Positions 17,593-26,477 of a stretch of DNA of 64,000 nucleotides are shown piece by piece. How positions within the stretch are numbered: the first letter of the stretch is position 1; every line of letters starts with the position of its first letter. The DNA is from Candidatus Berkelbacteria bacterium (GTDB lineage: Bacteria > Patescibacteriota > UBA1384 > XYA2-FULL-43-10 > 1-14-0-10-43-13). A program made the translations under genes and the position numbers. A model generated the notes under the pieces. It was not told where the DNA came from, ran no database searches, and was given only the letters and a program-made list of their open reading frames with translations. The DNA lies in contig JAPLVL010000001.1 of the NCBI GenBank assembly GCA_026397135.1, forward strand, positions 12,753 through 76,752. The letters are read 5' to 3'.

Positions 17593-17985
17593 TTATGTTT
17601 TTCCTTTTAGGGTTAATAGACTTTTGGCAATCATTTTACTTATTTGCTCAAGCTCATCCAGTAAATTTTCAACACAAGAAATCTCCAAACCAGACCCTTC
17701 AATTTCATGCAAAATCCAGAGCCAATATTCTGATTCATTAGCACTTTTCAGAGCTATTTCGTAAAACTTAATAAAATCGCGCCTCGACGAAGACGATTTG
17801 GCTTCAATAATATTTGCTCCGATTGAAGTAATGGCACGAACCAACTGATCCGTTATAATCCAGAATATTTTTGACTGTGGCAATTTTTGGCATAATTGAA
17901 TAATCTGTAATGACAAATTGAATGCTCTGAGCTTGACGTTGGATTTCACGTTAAGTTTTTCGTTGTTAAGATATGGGTTTAACAT
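17593..17985 (-). CDS. Four-helix-bundle protein (TIGR02436 / 23S rRNA intervening-sequence protein family)
   Basis: Track ORF 17593..18138 overlaps tpiA. The family is ~120-130 aa, so the start is taken at Met ~17985. Conserved core IGANIIEAKSSSSRRDFIKFYEIALKSANESEYWL. Confidence 0.6.
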   Translation of the reverse strand: MLNPYLNNEKLNVKSNVKLRAFNLSLQIIQLCQKLPQSKIFWIITDQLVRAITSIGANIIEAKSSSSRRDFIKFYEIALKSANESEYWLWILHEIEGSGLEISCVENLLDELEQISKMIAKSLLTLKGKT

Positions 17986-17992
17986 TTGAGAT

Positions 17993-18736
17993 TTAAGATT
18001 TAAAATTCTTAGAATTACTCCAAACTCGACAGATTTCAATAAATTCTGCCGCCCGCACACTTGCTCCGCCGACCAATACACCATCGATTTCAGGACGCTC
18101 TGCGTAGCCTGCAATATTGCTCCCCTTGACACTACCACCGTATAATATCGGCGTCGCAGTATGTAGTAATTCCCGCAGTTTTACCGCCACTTTCGCGACA
18201 TATTCCGGCTCAGCATTTTCGCCAGTCCCAATCGCCCAAATTGGTTCATAGGCGACAATGATATCCTTGAAATATTTCTTCGGTACATGATAGAGCGCCG
18301 CAGCCAATTGACGAGTCGGTTCAGCCGCATTATTTTGACGCTTCCTTTCCCCCACGCAAATAATTGGCGTAATTCCATGTTTCAGAGCAGCCAAAACCTT
18401 TTCGTTTACATCTTGGTCTGATTCGTCAAAATATTGTCTCCTCTCAGAGTGACCGACAATGCAAAATTTGGCCATTTCTGCAACCATCGATGGTGCAATC
18501 TCTCCAGTGAATGCACCTTCCTCTTCGTAAGCCATATTCTGAGCGCCGAGCAAAATTTTCTTGTTGTCGCCCAAAATATTCTTGATCTCAGGAAGCCAAA
18601 GAGCCGGCGGACAGAGAACGACTTCTATCCCGATGACAGGCGCCACTTTGTTCCGAATCGTAGTTGCCAAGATGTGCGCATCTGCGATACTGGTTGCATA
18701 CATTTTCCAATTGCCAACGATAATCGAGCGCTTCAT
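17993..18736 (-). CDS. tpiA: Triosephosphate isomerase
   Basis: 247 aa. AYEPIWAIGTG active-site signature and a GGSV loop. Confidence 0.9.
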   Translation of the reverse strand: MKRSIIVGNWKMYATSIADAHILATTIRNKVAPVIGIEVVLCPPALWLPEIKNILGDNKKILLGAQNMAYEEEGAFTGEIAPSMVAEMAKFCIVGHSERRQYFDESDQDVNEKVLAALKHGITPIICVGERKRQNNAAEPTRQLAAALYHVPKKYFKDIIVAYEPIWAIGTGENAEPEYVAKVAVKLRELLHTATPILYGGSVKGSNIAGYAERPEIDGVLVGGASVRAAEFIEICRVWSNSKNFKS

Positions 18737-18797
18737 ATATCCCTCCAGACCAGTTACAAGCTAAAAGCCAAAAGCTAGAAGCTGATTTATAATATAA

Positions 18798-19823
18798 TCA
18801 TTTTCTCTTGTTTTCATTATACAATTCTATTAGCTCTTTGGCTAGTTTGTTCGAATTGTGAAAAAGAGGATTCACTTCATCAATCACATCTGCCAAAATA
18901 ATCTTGATACCCTCAATCTCAGGTTCAAGAGTCGTAATATTGTTGATCTCGCCAAGCTTAGCTTCATCAGACGAAGTTCGAATAATTTTGCTATTGACCA
19001 AAACATAATCAAATAATTTTCGTCCGCCGTAACTTTTGATCTCTCTAATATGATCATCAATCGTAAAATTTCTTGTCTGGGTTCGCTCTGTCGAACAGTT
19101 GGCAACATAGACCCGCAAAGCTGTTTTGTTTTTCGCGATCGCCTCTCTAATACCATGAATCAAGAGATTGGGCACAAGACTACCGTACAGGCTACCAGGA
19201 CCAAGCACGATCAGGTCAGCAGACAAAATTGCTTCCTCTGCTTTCTTATAAGCCTTAACTTTGGGTTTATTTAGACTTATTCGCTTAATCTTCTTCAGTT
19301 CCTTGTCCAAATGGGATTCCCCCCGACAAATCGTATTGTCAGCATATTCGATCACAAGATCGATATTGGCCAAAGTCGAGGGCAAGACGCGACCAGCTGT
19401 CTGAAAAATTTCACTCGTGACCTCGATCGCTCGTTCGAAAGAACCGAGGTAATCAGTCAATCCAGTAATCCAAATATTGCCGAGAGTGTGGCCACCAAAT
19501 GTTTTCTTCTTTGCATCGAAACGATGTTCAAATATTTTGGCGATCAAGTCTTCATCGTAAGCCAGAGCCGAAATACATTTTCGAATATCCCCTGGAGCAA
19601 CCATATCAAAATCCTGACGAATTTCTCCAGTCGAGCCACCCGCATCAGCCACCGTCACTATCGCCGAAATATCACTCGAGTATGCCTTGAGTCCACGCAA
19701 AAGATTGGCCAGCCCAGTGCCGCCGCCAATGACAGCGATCTTGACTACGCCTCCCGCATTGAACCGTGGATCTGTCGGTGCGTAGCGCAACCATTTCCAC
19801 CAAGTTTTGATAATATTTGACAT
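18798..19823 (-). CDS. YvcK/UPF0052 family (CofD-like, gluconeogenesis factor) protein
   Basis: 341 aa. VKIAVIGGGTGLANLLRGLK...VTVADAGGSTG is typical of the family. Confidence 0.8.
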   Translation of the reverse strand: MSNIIKTWWKWLRYAPTDPRFNAGGVVKIAVIGGGTGLANLLRGLKAYSSDISAIVTVADAGGSTGEIRQDFDMVAPGDIRKCISALAYDEDLIAKIFEHRFDAKKKTFGGHTLGNIWITGLTDYLGSFERAIEVTSEIFQTAGRVLPSTLANIDLVIEYADNTICRGESHLDKELKKIKRISLNKPKVKAYKKAEEAILSADLIVLGPGSLYGSLVPNLLIHGIREAIAKNKTALRVYVANCSTERTQTRNFTIDDHIREIKSYGGRKLFDYVLVNSKIIRTSSDEAKLGEINNITTLEPEIEGIKIILADVIDEVNPLFHNSNKLAKELIELYNENKRK

Positions 19824-19913
19824 GAATTAAATCTATCATTTGCACTCAAATAGTTCAATCACACAAGAGATAATATTATAAACAAAATAAACAAAAACTC
19901 ACAAATATTCATT

Positions 19914-19955
19914 GCGTCGTGAAAAATGGGACGATCGTCCCATTTTTCACGACGC
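19914..19955. terminator. 42-nt perfect palindrome (19-21-bp arms) downstream of uvrC: terminator-like hairpin or operator
   Basis: gcgtcgtgaaaaatgggacgatcgtcccatttttcacgacgc. On the minus strand it follows the uvrC stop by ~40 nt and precedes a T-rich stretch and a TATAAT upstream of yvcK. Confidence 0.5.
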
Positions 19956-20008
19956 AACCTTAGAACAATATGAGACTGGAAAATATAACTGTGATTAAAA
20001 GATGGAAA

Positions 20009-21406
20009 TTAATTTTCAATCATCCCCTCGCGATGCAGTTTGCGGTAGAACGAAATTGCAAATCTATGCGCTTCATCCCGAGTCGCAATACAGACATTTT
20101 GAAGAGAGATATTGCCGGCAAAATATTTGGCGACTTCAGAATTGGCAAAATGAAAGTCGTTCTTCTGTCTCTTGGGTCCTTTGGAGATAGAGACAAGCGG
20201 TATTTGTAACTCAAAATCACTCAAAACTTCCTTTGCCACCCGCAATTGCATCTCTCCTCCATCAATTACAATTAAATCTGGTTTTGGCCAATCATTCCGA
20301 AACCTCCGCTCCAGAACCTGCTTCAACCGAAACAGATCATTATTGTCATTTCGACCCGTCTGCACGGCAGGCAGGCTCGACGAAGTCGGTGGAGAAATCT
20401 GGAGTGAAGTGTCATCCTGATCTTGTCGAAGGATCTCATCCTTTGCGGAAAATCTATCAACCCCAGGAACATCGCTCGAGATGACAGAATTATTAATTTT
20501 GAACTTTCTGTACTCATCAGAGGCTTTTCTTCCGTCAACAAATACGACCATTGAGCCAACAACATATTCATCCCCAATATTAGCAATGTCGTAGCACTCA
20601 ATCCGTTTGAATAATATTTTATTACTATCAAAAACGTCATCGCGAAGTCCGATCACTACTTCAGAGATATGTTGCAGGGCATACAATTTATTACGAACAA
20701 TGGCCGCTTCTTCAAATTTCTCTTTTTTTGAAAAACGTGTCATTTCCTTCTCGAGATCGCGAATTATCTCCTGCTTTTTACCACGCAAGAACGCTTTCAA
20801 ATATTTAATATTTTTATTGTAATTTTCCGCACTAATACTACCAACACAAGGTGCCGTACAAATTTTTATATCTCCATAAATGCACGATCGACCCTTTTTG
20901 GCGGCTGAACTATATTTCGTCTTTGTACAATCACGAAAAGGAAAAATTTTGCGAAGATATCGTATCGATTTCTTAAGCAACAATCCTGCAGGGTAAGGTC
21001 CGAAATAGTCAGCCGACTTGTCCGAAAAATCAACATTCTTAACCCGAACCAGCTCAAGGACGGGAAATGCTGTTTTTGTAATTTTCTTGGCTATCTTAAT
21101 AACCAAGAAGGATTTATCGTCCTTTAGTCTCACGTTGTACTTCGGCTTCAATTTGTTGATCAGCTCAGCCTCAAGCAAAACCGCTTCAATCTCTGACCCA
21201 GTTTCGATATATTTAATATCAAAAGCCTTTTCTACCATTTGCTCAATCGCTGGTCCACGGCCCAACTCTTTCAGGAAATATTGCTTCAGGCGATTCTGCA
21301 AGTTTTTCGCTTTACCCACATACAAAATCCCTCCCTTTTCATCAAGGAAGCGATAAACACCCGGCTTTTTGGGCAAATCTTTAATTTTGTCTTTTGAATT
21401 TATCAT
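20009..21406 (-). CDS. uvrC: Excinuclease ABC subunit C (UvrC), apparently lacking the C-terminal (HhH)2 domain
   Basis: N-terminal GIY-YIG (KPGVYRFLDEKGGILYVGKAKNLQNRLKQYF) and a C-terminal RNase H-like region ending RDEAHRFAISFYRKL. Track ORF runs to 21505; likely start MINSKDK (~21406). The protein stops ~12 aa after AHRFAI. Confidence 0.8.
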   Translation of the reverse strand: MINSKDKIKDLPKKPGVYRFLDEKGGILYVGKAKNLQNRLKQYFLKELGRGPAIEQMVEKAFDIKYIETGSEIEAVLLEAELINKLKPKYNVRLKDDKSFLVIKIAKKITKTAFPVLELVRVKNVDFSDKSADYFGPYPAGLLLKKSIRYLRKIFPFRDCTKTKYSSAAKKGRSCIYGDIKICTAPCVGSISAENYNKNIKYLKAFLRGKKQEIIRDLEKEMTRFSKKEKFEEAAIVRNKLYALQHISEVVIGLRDDVFDSNKILFKRIECYDIANIGDEYVVGSMVVFVDGRKASDEYRKFKINNSVISSDVPGVDRFSAKDEILRQDQDDTSLQISPPTSSSLPAVQTGRNDNNDLFRLKQVLERRFRNDWPKPDLIVIDGGEMQLRVAKEVLSDFELQIPLVSISKGPKRQKNDFHFANSEVAKYFAGNISLQNVCIATRDEAHRFAISFYRKLHREGMIEN

Positions 21407-21546
21407 TATCAAATATTTCTCCACCCTCCTTGAGGAGTCGAAATGACAACAAAAGGAAGTTTGCGAATTTCCGCTCATTATATGAGTTTTCATCAAAATA
21501 TTCAAGCTATAGGCACGGAAACAGAAATTGCTTGAACAATATAGAG

Positions 21547-22455
21547 CTAGTTTACAAGTCCGCGCAAAAGCTCTGCTTGGTCAGTTGTTACGACACTACC
21601 ATCAGAATTTCGATAGCTTACAGCGACTCGATCGTGTTCCGTCCCAAGAGATTTCTTGGCGATCTTCTCGAGCTCCCCGGCATTATTTATTTTCTCTTGG
21701 AGATAGCTTGCAAACTTTTCCGGCTCGTTGATCGGATCCGGATGAGTCGGAGAGCACGGCTCCACTCCAACAACGTAGGTGATTGGGACTTCCTCAGTCT
21801 CACCTGCAATATTTACCCCTGTAATTGGTGCATCCAAAAGAATTTTGTATATTCTCCTCGCGATAATCTGACCGGCCAACGCCGGATTTGCCTTCGGCAA
21901 GAAGATCACAAATTCATCACCATTATTTGAACGCCTAGCCGGAATATCATAGACCCGAAGCTCCTTTGAAAGCATTGCGAAGCGTTCAATAATCCGGTCA
22001 GTTTCATCGTAGCCAAATTGATCGTTCAAACCTTTCATTCCGTTTAGATCAATAAACACAAAGCATCCGTTCATAGTTGAGCGAAGTTTGTTCTCTGTCT
22101 TTTGATATTCGCCAGAAGCAAAATATTTTTTGATTTCTTCGGTAAACCCAAGCATATTTAGAAGCTCGGTCTTCGGCTCGTGGGTCAGTTGGTAATGCAG
22201 AAATTCATTTTCTTTAACCAAACTAAGCACATTTAAATGAAGTTTTTCGGCCGTTTCCCTAATCTTATACACAAACTTTGTAATTTTTTCAGGTGGCAAA
22301 TTAAGCTCGGCCGCAAAGGAAATAAGCTCCTGCAAATTTTGATACACGAAATCAGCTCTATTTTCAGAGTTTGACTCCGGCTTTGTTTCTACCGGTTTTT
22401 CACCCACCAATGTTTCAGGCTTGATGCCAGTATCAACTGGCTCTCCTTGCTGCAC
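21547..22455 (-). CDS. GGDEF-domain protein with degenerate NGDEF active-site motif
   Basis: 302 aa. FVFIDLNGMKGLNDQFGYDETDRII...RRSNNGDEFVIFL matches the GGDEF fold, with NGDEF in place of GG[DE]EF. Confidence 0.6.
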   Translation of the reverse strand: MQQGEPVDTGIKPETLVGEKPVETKPESNSENRADFVYQNLQELISFAAELNLPPEKITKFVYKIRETAEKLHLNVLSLVKENEFLHYQLTHEPKTELLNMLGFTEEIKKYFASGEYQKTENKLRSTMNGCFVFIDLNGMKGLNDQFGYDETDRIIERFAMLSKELRVYDIPARRSNNGDEFVIFLPKANPALAGQIIARRIYKILLDAPITGVNIAGETEEVPITYVVGVEPCSPTHPDPINEPEKFASYLQEKINNAGELEKIAKKSLGTEHDRVAVSYRNSDGSVVTTDQAELLRGLVN

Positions 22456-22471
22456 CGCCCCTCCAATCTCA

Positions 22472-23572
22472 CTATTTCACGATCAAATGAATAATATCTT
22501 TGTAAGTAATCGCCAAAATCAACAATATAAGTATAGCAAATCCAACCAAATGAACAATGTTTTCAACATTTTCTTTCAGTACCCGTTTCTTGGTAATTTT
22601 TTCGATAATCGTAAGGAGAGCACGACTTCCATCAAGGGAAGGGAAGGGCAGAGAATTAACTAGACCCAGATTGATCGACAAAATTGCGATAAACTGTAAG
22701 AAAGCAATAATTCCCGCTCGAGCTGCTACTCCGCTAAGATTGAAAATTGCGACTGGACCGCCAACTTGATCCGAAACATGACCAGTAGAGAAAAGCTCCT
22801 TGACGAAACTACCCAGAAAATCAAAGGTAATTTTCAGAATCTCGTAGGACTCACGCAAACTAACAATCGGTGCCTTGTACCAAGGGACTCGAACGATTGA
22901 CTGATTCGTAATCGACACCCCGAGTGGAGCGCTCTTATCCTCTGAAATAGTAACTGTTTTCTCTAGCGTTTGATTGTCCCGTTTTAATTCAATAATTATT
23001 GAATTACCCAAATGTGCAGTTGTAAAATTGCTAACATCGGCCAGCGACTTCGGCCGAACAGCCTGATCCTGATATTTAAGCTCAATAATTTGATCACCGG
23101 CTTCGAGCCCACCCTTAGCAGCAGGAGAATCAGCCAATGTTTCCACTATGAATACTTGTGCCTTAACCACTTTTCCCGGAATCATCTCCGACGGGGTCGC
23201 AATCGGTGTCATGCCGACAGTGAAGCCAATTGTGATCAAAATCCAAGCCAACAGAAAATTCATCACTACACCGGCAATCGAGATGAAAAAACGACGGAGA
23301 GGAGATTGATTGTTGTAAGCTCTGGGATCTTTCGACTCTTCTTCTTCACCCAACATTTGGACATACCCACCAAAAAGCAAAAGGCCAATTGAATATTTGG
23401 TTTCTTTTCTCTTGAAGGTATAGATTCTGGGTGGAAATCCAATCGAAAATTCCAGCACTTTGACCCCTGCAGTTTTGGCTGCCAGAAAGTGACCCAACTC
23501 ATGAACAAGCACCAGGAGACCGAGACAAACAATAAAGGCAACAATTGTTAGTAACATTTGTATTTTTTCCAA
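22472..23572 (-). CDS. rseP: Site-2 protease RseP-family (M50 zinc metalloprotease with PDZ domain)
   Basis: 366 aa. HELGHFLAAK HExxH in the first TM region, a PDZ segment, and LDGS near the C-terminus. Confidence 0.85.
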   Translation of the reverse strand: MEKIQMLLTIVAFIVCLGLLVLVHELGHFLAAKTAGVKVLEFSIGFPPRIYTFKRKETKYSIGLLLFGGYVQMLGEEEESKDPRAYNNQSPLRRFFISIAGVVMNFLLAWILITIGFTVGMTPIATPSEMIPGKVVKAQVFIVETLADSPAAKGGLEAGDQIIELKYQDQAVRPKSLADVSNFTTAHLGNSIIIELKRDNQTLEKTVTISEDKSAPLGVSITNQSIVRVPWYKAPIVSLRESYEILKITFDFLGSFVKELFSTGHVSDQVGGPVAIFNLSGVAARAGIIAFLQFIAILSINLGLVNSLPFPSLDGSRALLTIIEKITKKRVLKENVENIVHLVGFAILILLILAITYKDIIHLIVK

Positions 23573-23597
23573 TAATTAGAGAGACCCATGACCACAC

Positions 23598-23660
23598 ATT
23601 CTTAATTCTTACTGCTTAATTCTGAATTCTTAATCCTGACTCCTGACTCCTGAAATAATT
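23598..23660. repeat. Heptamer-periodic intercistronic repeat (cttaattcttactgcttaattctgaattcttaatcctgactcctgactcctga)
   Basis: Between the frr end and the rseP start. The minus-strand sense reads TCAGGAGTCAGGAGTCAGGATTAAGAATTCAGAATTAAGCAGTAAGAATTAAGAA, i.e. SD-like AGGAG/AGGAT plus TAA stops. Confidence 0.55.
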
Positions 23661-24231
23661 AAATCTTCATCACATCTTGTTCTTTTTCGGCAATCAAAAG
23701 GTCAACTTCACTATTAAATTCAGTGACCTGCTTGTTTAGTTCTTCTTCAGCCCAACGACGATCATCTTCAGTTGCCTGACCAGCCTTTTCGGCCGCCTGA
23801 ACTTTGTCCCAAGCTTCTCTGCGAACATTCCGAAGCGAAACTTTTGTCTCTTCGCCCAACTTCTTGACTGTTGTAGCGATTTCTCTACGCCTCTCCTCTG
23901 TCATCGGTGGCAAAATCAGTCGAATCTGCTGACCATCATTTATAGGAGAGATGCCCAAATTTGAATTTCTGATCGCAGTCTCAATATCATTTAGTGAGCT
24001 TCTGTCCCATGGCTTGACCACAATTTGATTCGGCTCCGGCACGGTTATCGACGCTAGTTCCTTGATGCTTGTCTTGGCACCATAATAAATCGCCGTTACC
24101 CCATCAAGAATACTTGGATTTGCTCGTCCGGTCCTAATTCGGCTCAATTCGAGTTTGAAGTTTTCAATCGCCGCTTTCATCTTTGGCTTAATCTCTTTCA
24201 GAATCGTGTCAATCATATTTTCCTTCCCCAA
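23659..24231 (-). CDS. frr: Ribosome recycling factor
   Basis: 190 aa, RRF family throughout (…RTGRANPSILD…VPEPNQIVVKPWD…). Confidence 0.9.
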   Translation of the reverse strand: MGKENMIDTILKEIKPKMKAAIENFKLELSRIRTGRANPSILDGVTAIYYGAKTSIKELASITVPEPNQIVVKPWDRSSLNDIETAIRNSNLGISPINDGQQIRLILPPMTEERRREIATTVKKLGEETKVSLRNVRREAWDKVQAAEKAGQATEDDRRWAEEELNKQVTEFNSEVDLLIAEKEQDVMKI

Positions 24232-24324
24232 AACTAGCCTTAGATTTGTAAGGTTTGTCTTGGTTTTAGTTATTAAAGATTCAGAGAGAGCAAATTAAAT
24301 TCTCTCTCACGAAAATTATAGCAG

Positions 24325-24921
24325 TTAGGCACCAATTTGGAAACGGCAGAATCTGCTGATAATAATTTTTTCACCAATTTTGGTAGTGAGATCATTTAGA
24401 AGATCTTCAATCTTCTTGTCCTGATCCTTTACAAAAGGCTGGTAAAGCAGACAATTTTCTTCATAAAATTTGTTCAATCTGCCCTCTACAATTTTTTCTG
24501 CAATTTCAGCTGATTTTCCAGAAGCTTTGACTTCTTCGAGCAAGAATGTCTTTTCCTTTTCAACTTCTGAGGCAGGGACATCTTCTTTGCTAATATATTT
24601 GGGAGCCATAGCAGCAACATGGAGTGCTACATCATGAGCAAATTGTTTGAATTCATCATTTTTGGCAACAAAATCAGTTTCGGCCAAAACTTCGACCATC
24701 ACTCCAATTTTACCATTTGAATGAATATATGATTCAATCAAACCGGCTTTTGTTTCTCTCTCTGCTCTCTTGGCAGCCTTGGTAGCACCGCGTTTTCTCA
24801 TTATTTCAATCGCATTCTCTTCGTTTCCACCAGCTTCTTCGAGCGCCTTCTTGCACTCCATCATACCGATGCCGGTTTTGGCACGCAGTGCAGCGATTTC
24901 TTTGGCTGTAATAGTCATCAT
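24325..24921 (-). CDS. tsf: Elongation factor Ts
   Basis: 198 aa. N-terminal UBA-like TAKEIAALRAKTGIGMMECKKALEEAGGN. Confidence 0.9.
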   Translation of the reverse strand: MMTITAKEIAALRAKTGIGMMECKKALEEAGGNEENAIEIMRKRGATKAAKRAERETKAGLIESYIHSNGKIGVMVEVLAETDFVAKNDEFKQFAHDVALHVAAMAPKYISKEDVPASEVEKEKTFLLEEVKASGKSAEIAEKIVEGRLNKFYEENCLLYQPFVKDQDKKIEDLLNDLTTKIGEKIIISRFCRFQIGA

Positions 24922-25012
24922 GCTCCTTTGTTATTGATGAACGGCCAACATCCTGTAGAGATAATATTATCCTTGAACACAGTTGCTGGCTAGTTCTTCG
25001 TCCATTTGTAGT

Positions 25013-25723
25013 TTATTTTTCGACTTTTGCACTTTTTTCTCTAGCTTCTTTGATCACATCTGCGAACAAATTAGCAAAGAGAGTAACCGATTTGGTAGCA
25101 TCATCATTGGCTGGGATTGGATATTCAACTACAGTCGGATTGGTATTTGTGTCGACGAGAGCGACAACTGGAATTCCGGCAACTTTTGCTTCCGCCAGCG
25201 CATTTTTCTCATCATGAGAACCAAAAAGAACCAAAACATCAGGCTTTCTGTCCAAATTAACCAAGCCACCCAAGAATTTCTCGCCTCGAGCAACTTCTTT
25301 TCTAACCTTGGAAAGTTCGGCTTTGGTTAGAGCGCTTTTGCCTGCAGCCGACAACTCAAGCTCTTCAAGCTGTTGTTTGTATTTCTTGACGGCACCTCTA
25401 ATCGCATCAAAATTTGTAATAGTACCACCAAGCCAACGAATGTTTACATATGAAACACCAGCAGCAGTCGCAGCTTCTTTGACGATCGCCCCAGATTGCT
25501 TCTTCGTTCCAACAAAAACAAAACTTTTGCCCGCAGCTGCTTCATTTCGAATGAAATTAAGTGCACTGTCCAGCAATGAAGCTGTCATCTCAAGATTGAT
25601 TACATGCACTCCCGACTTCGACGTGAAGATATAAGGAGCCATTTTTGGATGCCATCTCGAGGTCTTGTGACCAAAATGAACACAAACATCAAGCATTCCA
25701 CGGAATGTAGGAGCTTTTACCAT
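25013..25723 (-). CDS. rpsB: 30S ribosomal protein S2
   Basis: 236 aa. GMLDVCVHFGHKTSRWHPKM N-terminal signature. Confidence 0.9.
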   Translation of the reverse strand: MVKAPTFRGMLDVCVHFGHKTSRWHPKMAPYIFTSKSGVHVINLEMTASLLDSALNFIRNEAAAGKSFVFVGTKKQSGAIVKEAATAAGVSYVNIRWLGGTITNFDAIRGAVKKYKQQLEELELSAAGKSALTKAELSKVRKEVARGEKFLGGLVNLDRKPDVLVLFGSHDEKNALAEAKVAGIPVVALVDTNTNPTVVEYPIPANDDATKSVTLFANLFADVIKEAREKSAKVEK

Positions 25724-25924
25724 TTTATTCCTTCATTATTATTTATGAAATTAAACCCAAAAAAGTCTGGCAGGACCAAACATCACAAAAAAGATCTGGA
25801 TGCTTGATTTCTTTTTAATCTCGGCCGCTCAACGTGACTCCGACAGAATAGTCGGAGAGAAACCTTAATAGATGAGCGTGAATATTTCCCCTTGAATGTT
25901 ACTTCTAGGATACTAACACATTCT

Positions 25925-25952
25925 TGACTTGAATTCAAGAGTGTGCTAGAAT
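25925..25952 (+). promoter_or_regulatory. Sigma70-like promoter TTGACT - 16 nt - TAGAAT upstream of rpmE
   Basis: ttgact tgaattcaagagtgtgc tagaat, ~55 nt before ATG 26009. Confidence 0.45.
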
Positions 25953-26008
25953 CTATGAGCAAAAGTCAATAAATGAGCTAGTCATTTATTTGTTAATCTA
26001 CAAAACCA

Positions 26009-26347
26009 ATGAAAAAAGAAATTCACCCAACTTATCATTCAAATCTGACAGCTGTCTGCGCCTGTGGCGCTAAGTTTTTGACCGGCTCAACCCGCGACGA
26101 AATTAAGGTTGAAATTTGTTCTGCCTGCCACCCCTTCTTTACTGGCAAGCAAAAGCTTCTCGATACTGCCGGACGCGTTGATAAATTCAAAGCCCGAGTT
26201 GAAGCAGCCAAGAAAATCCAAGAAGCTACTGCCAAAAAAGTTGCTGCAAAAGTTGTCAAAGTCAAGGATACTGCTCCGATGACTTCACCGAAGGCGGATC
26301 TCGAAGTTCCAACCAGAAGCGTCGAAAAGAAAACCGAAGAGAAATAG
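26009..26347 (+). CDS. rpmE: 50S ribosomal protein L31 with Lys/Ala-rich C-terminal extension
   Basis: [10 protein letters not shown], then a CxC...CxxCH zinc-ribbon pattern (CACG...CSACHP). Confidence 0.85.
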   Translation: MKKEIHPTYHSNLTAVCACGAKFLTGSTRDEIKVEICSACHPFFTGKQKLLDTAGRVDKFKARVEAAKKIQEATAKKVAAKVVKVKDTAPMTSPKADLEVPTRSVEKKTEEK

Positions 26348-26362
26348 CTACGTTCTATATAC

Positions 26363-26410
26363 AAAATCGGCTCAAAACAAGCTATAATCTTGTTGCGGCC
26401 GATTTTTGTT
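26363..26410 (+). terminator. Rho-independent terminator of rpmE (compound hairpin + T-run)
   Basis: aaaatcggc...aacaagctataatcttgtt...gccgatttttgtt. Confidence 0.5.
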
Positions 26411-26477
26411 TAACCGCAAACTGCAAAAAGTAAAAGCTAATCCTTTCTATTTGTAAATTTGTATTTATTTGTAATTA

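Noticed and set aside
25830-25870. Hairpin tgactccgacagaatagtcggagaga in the rpsB/rpmE divergent region as a possible rpsB autoregulatory leader element
   Set aside because: It is only a 7-bp stem with no recognisable S2-binding pseudoknot features by eye, so it was left unannotated.
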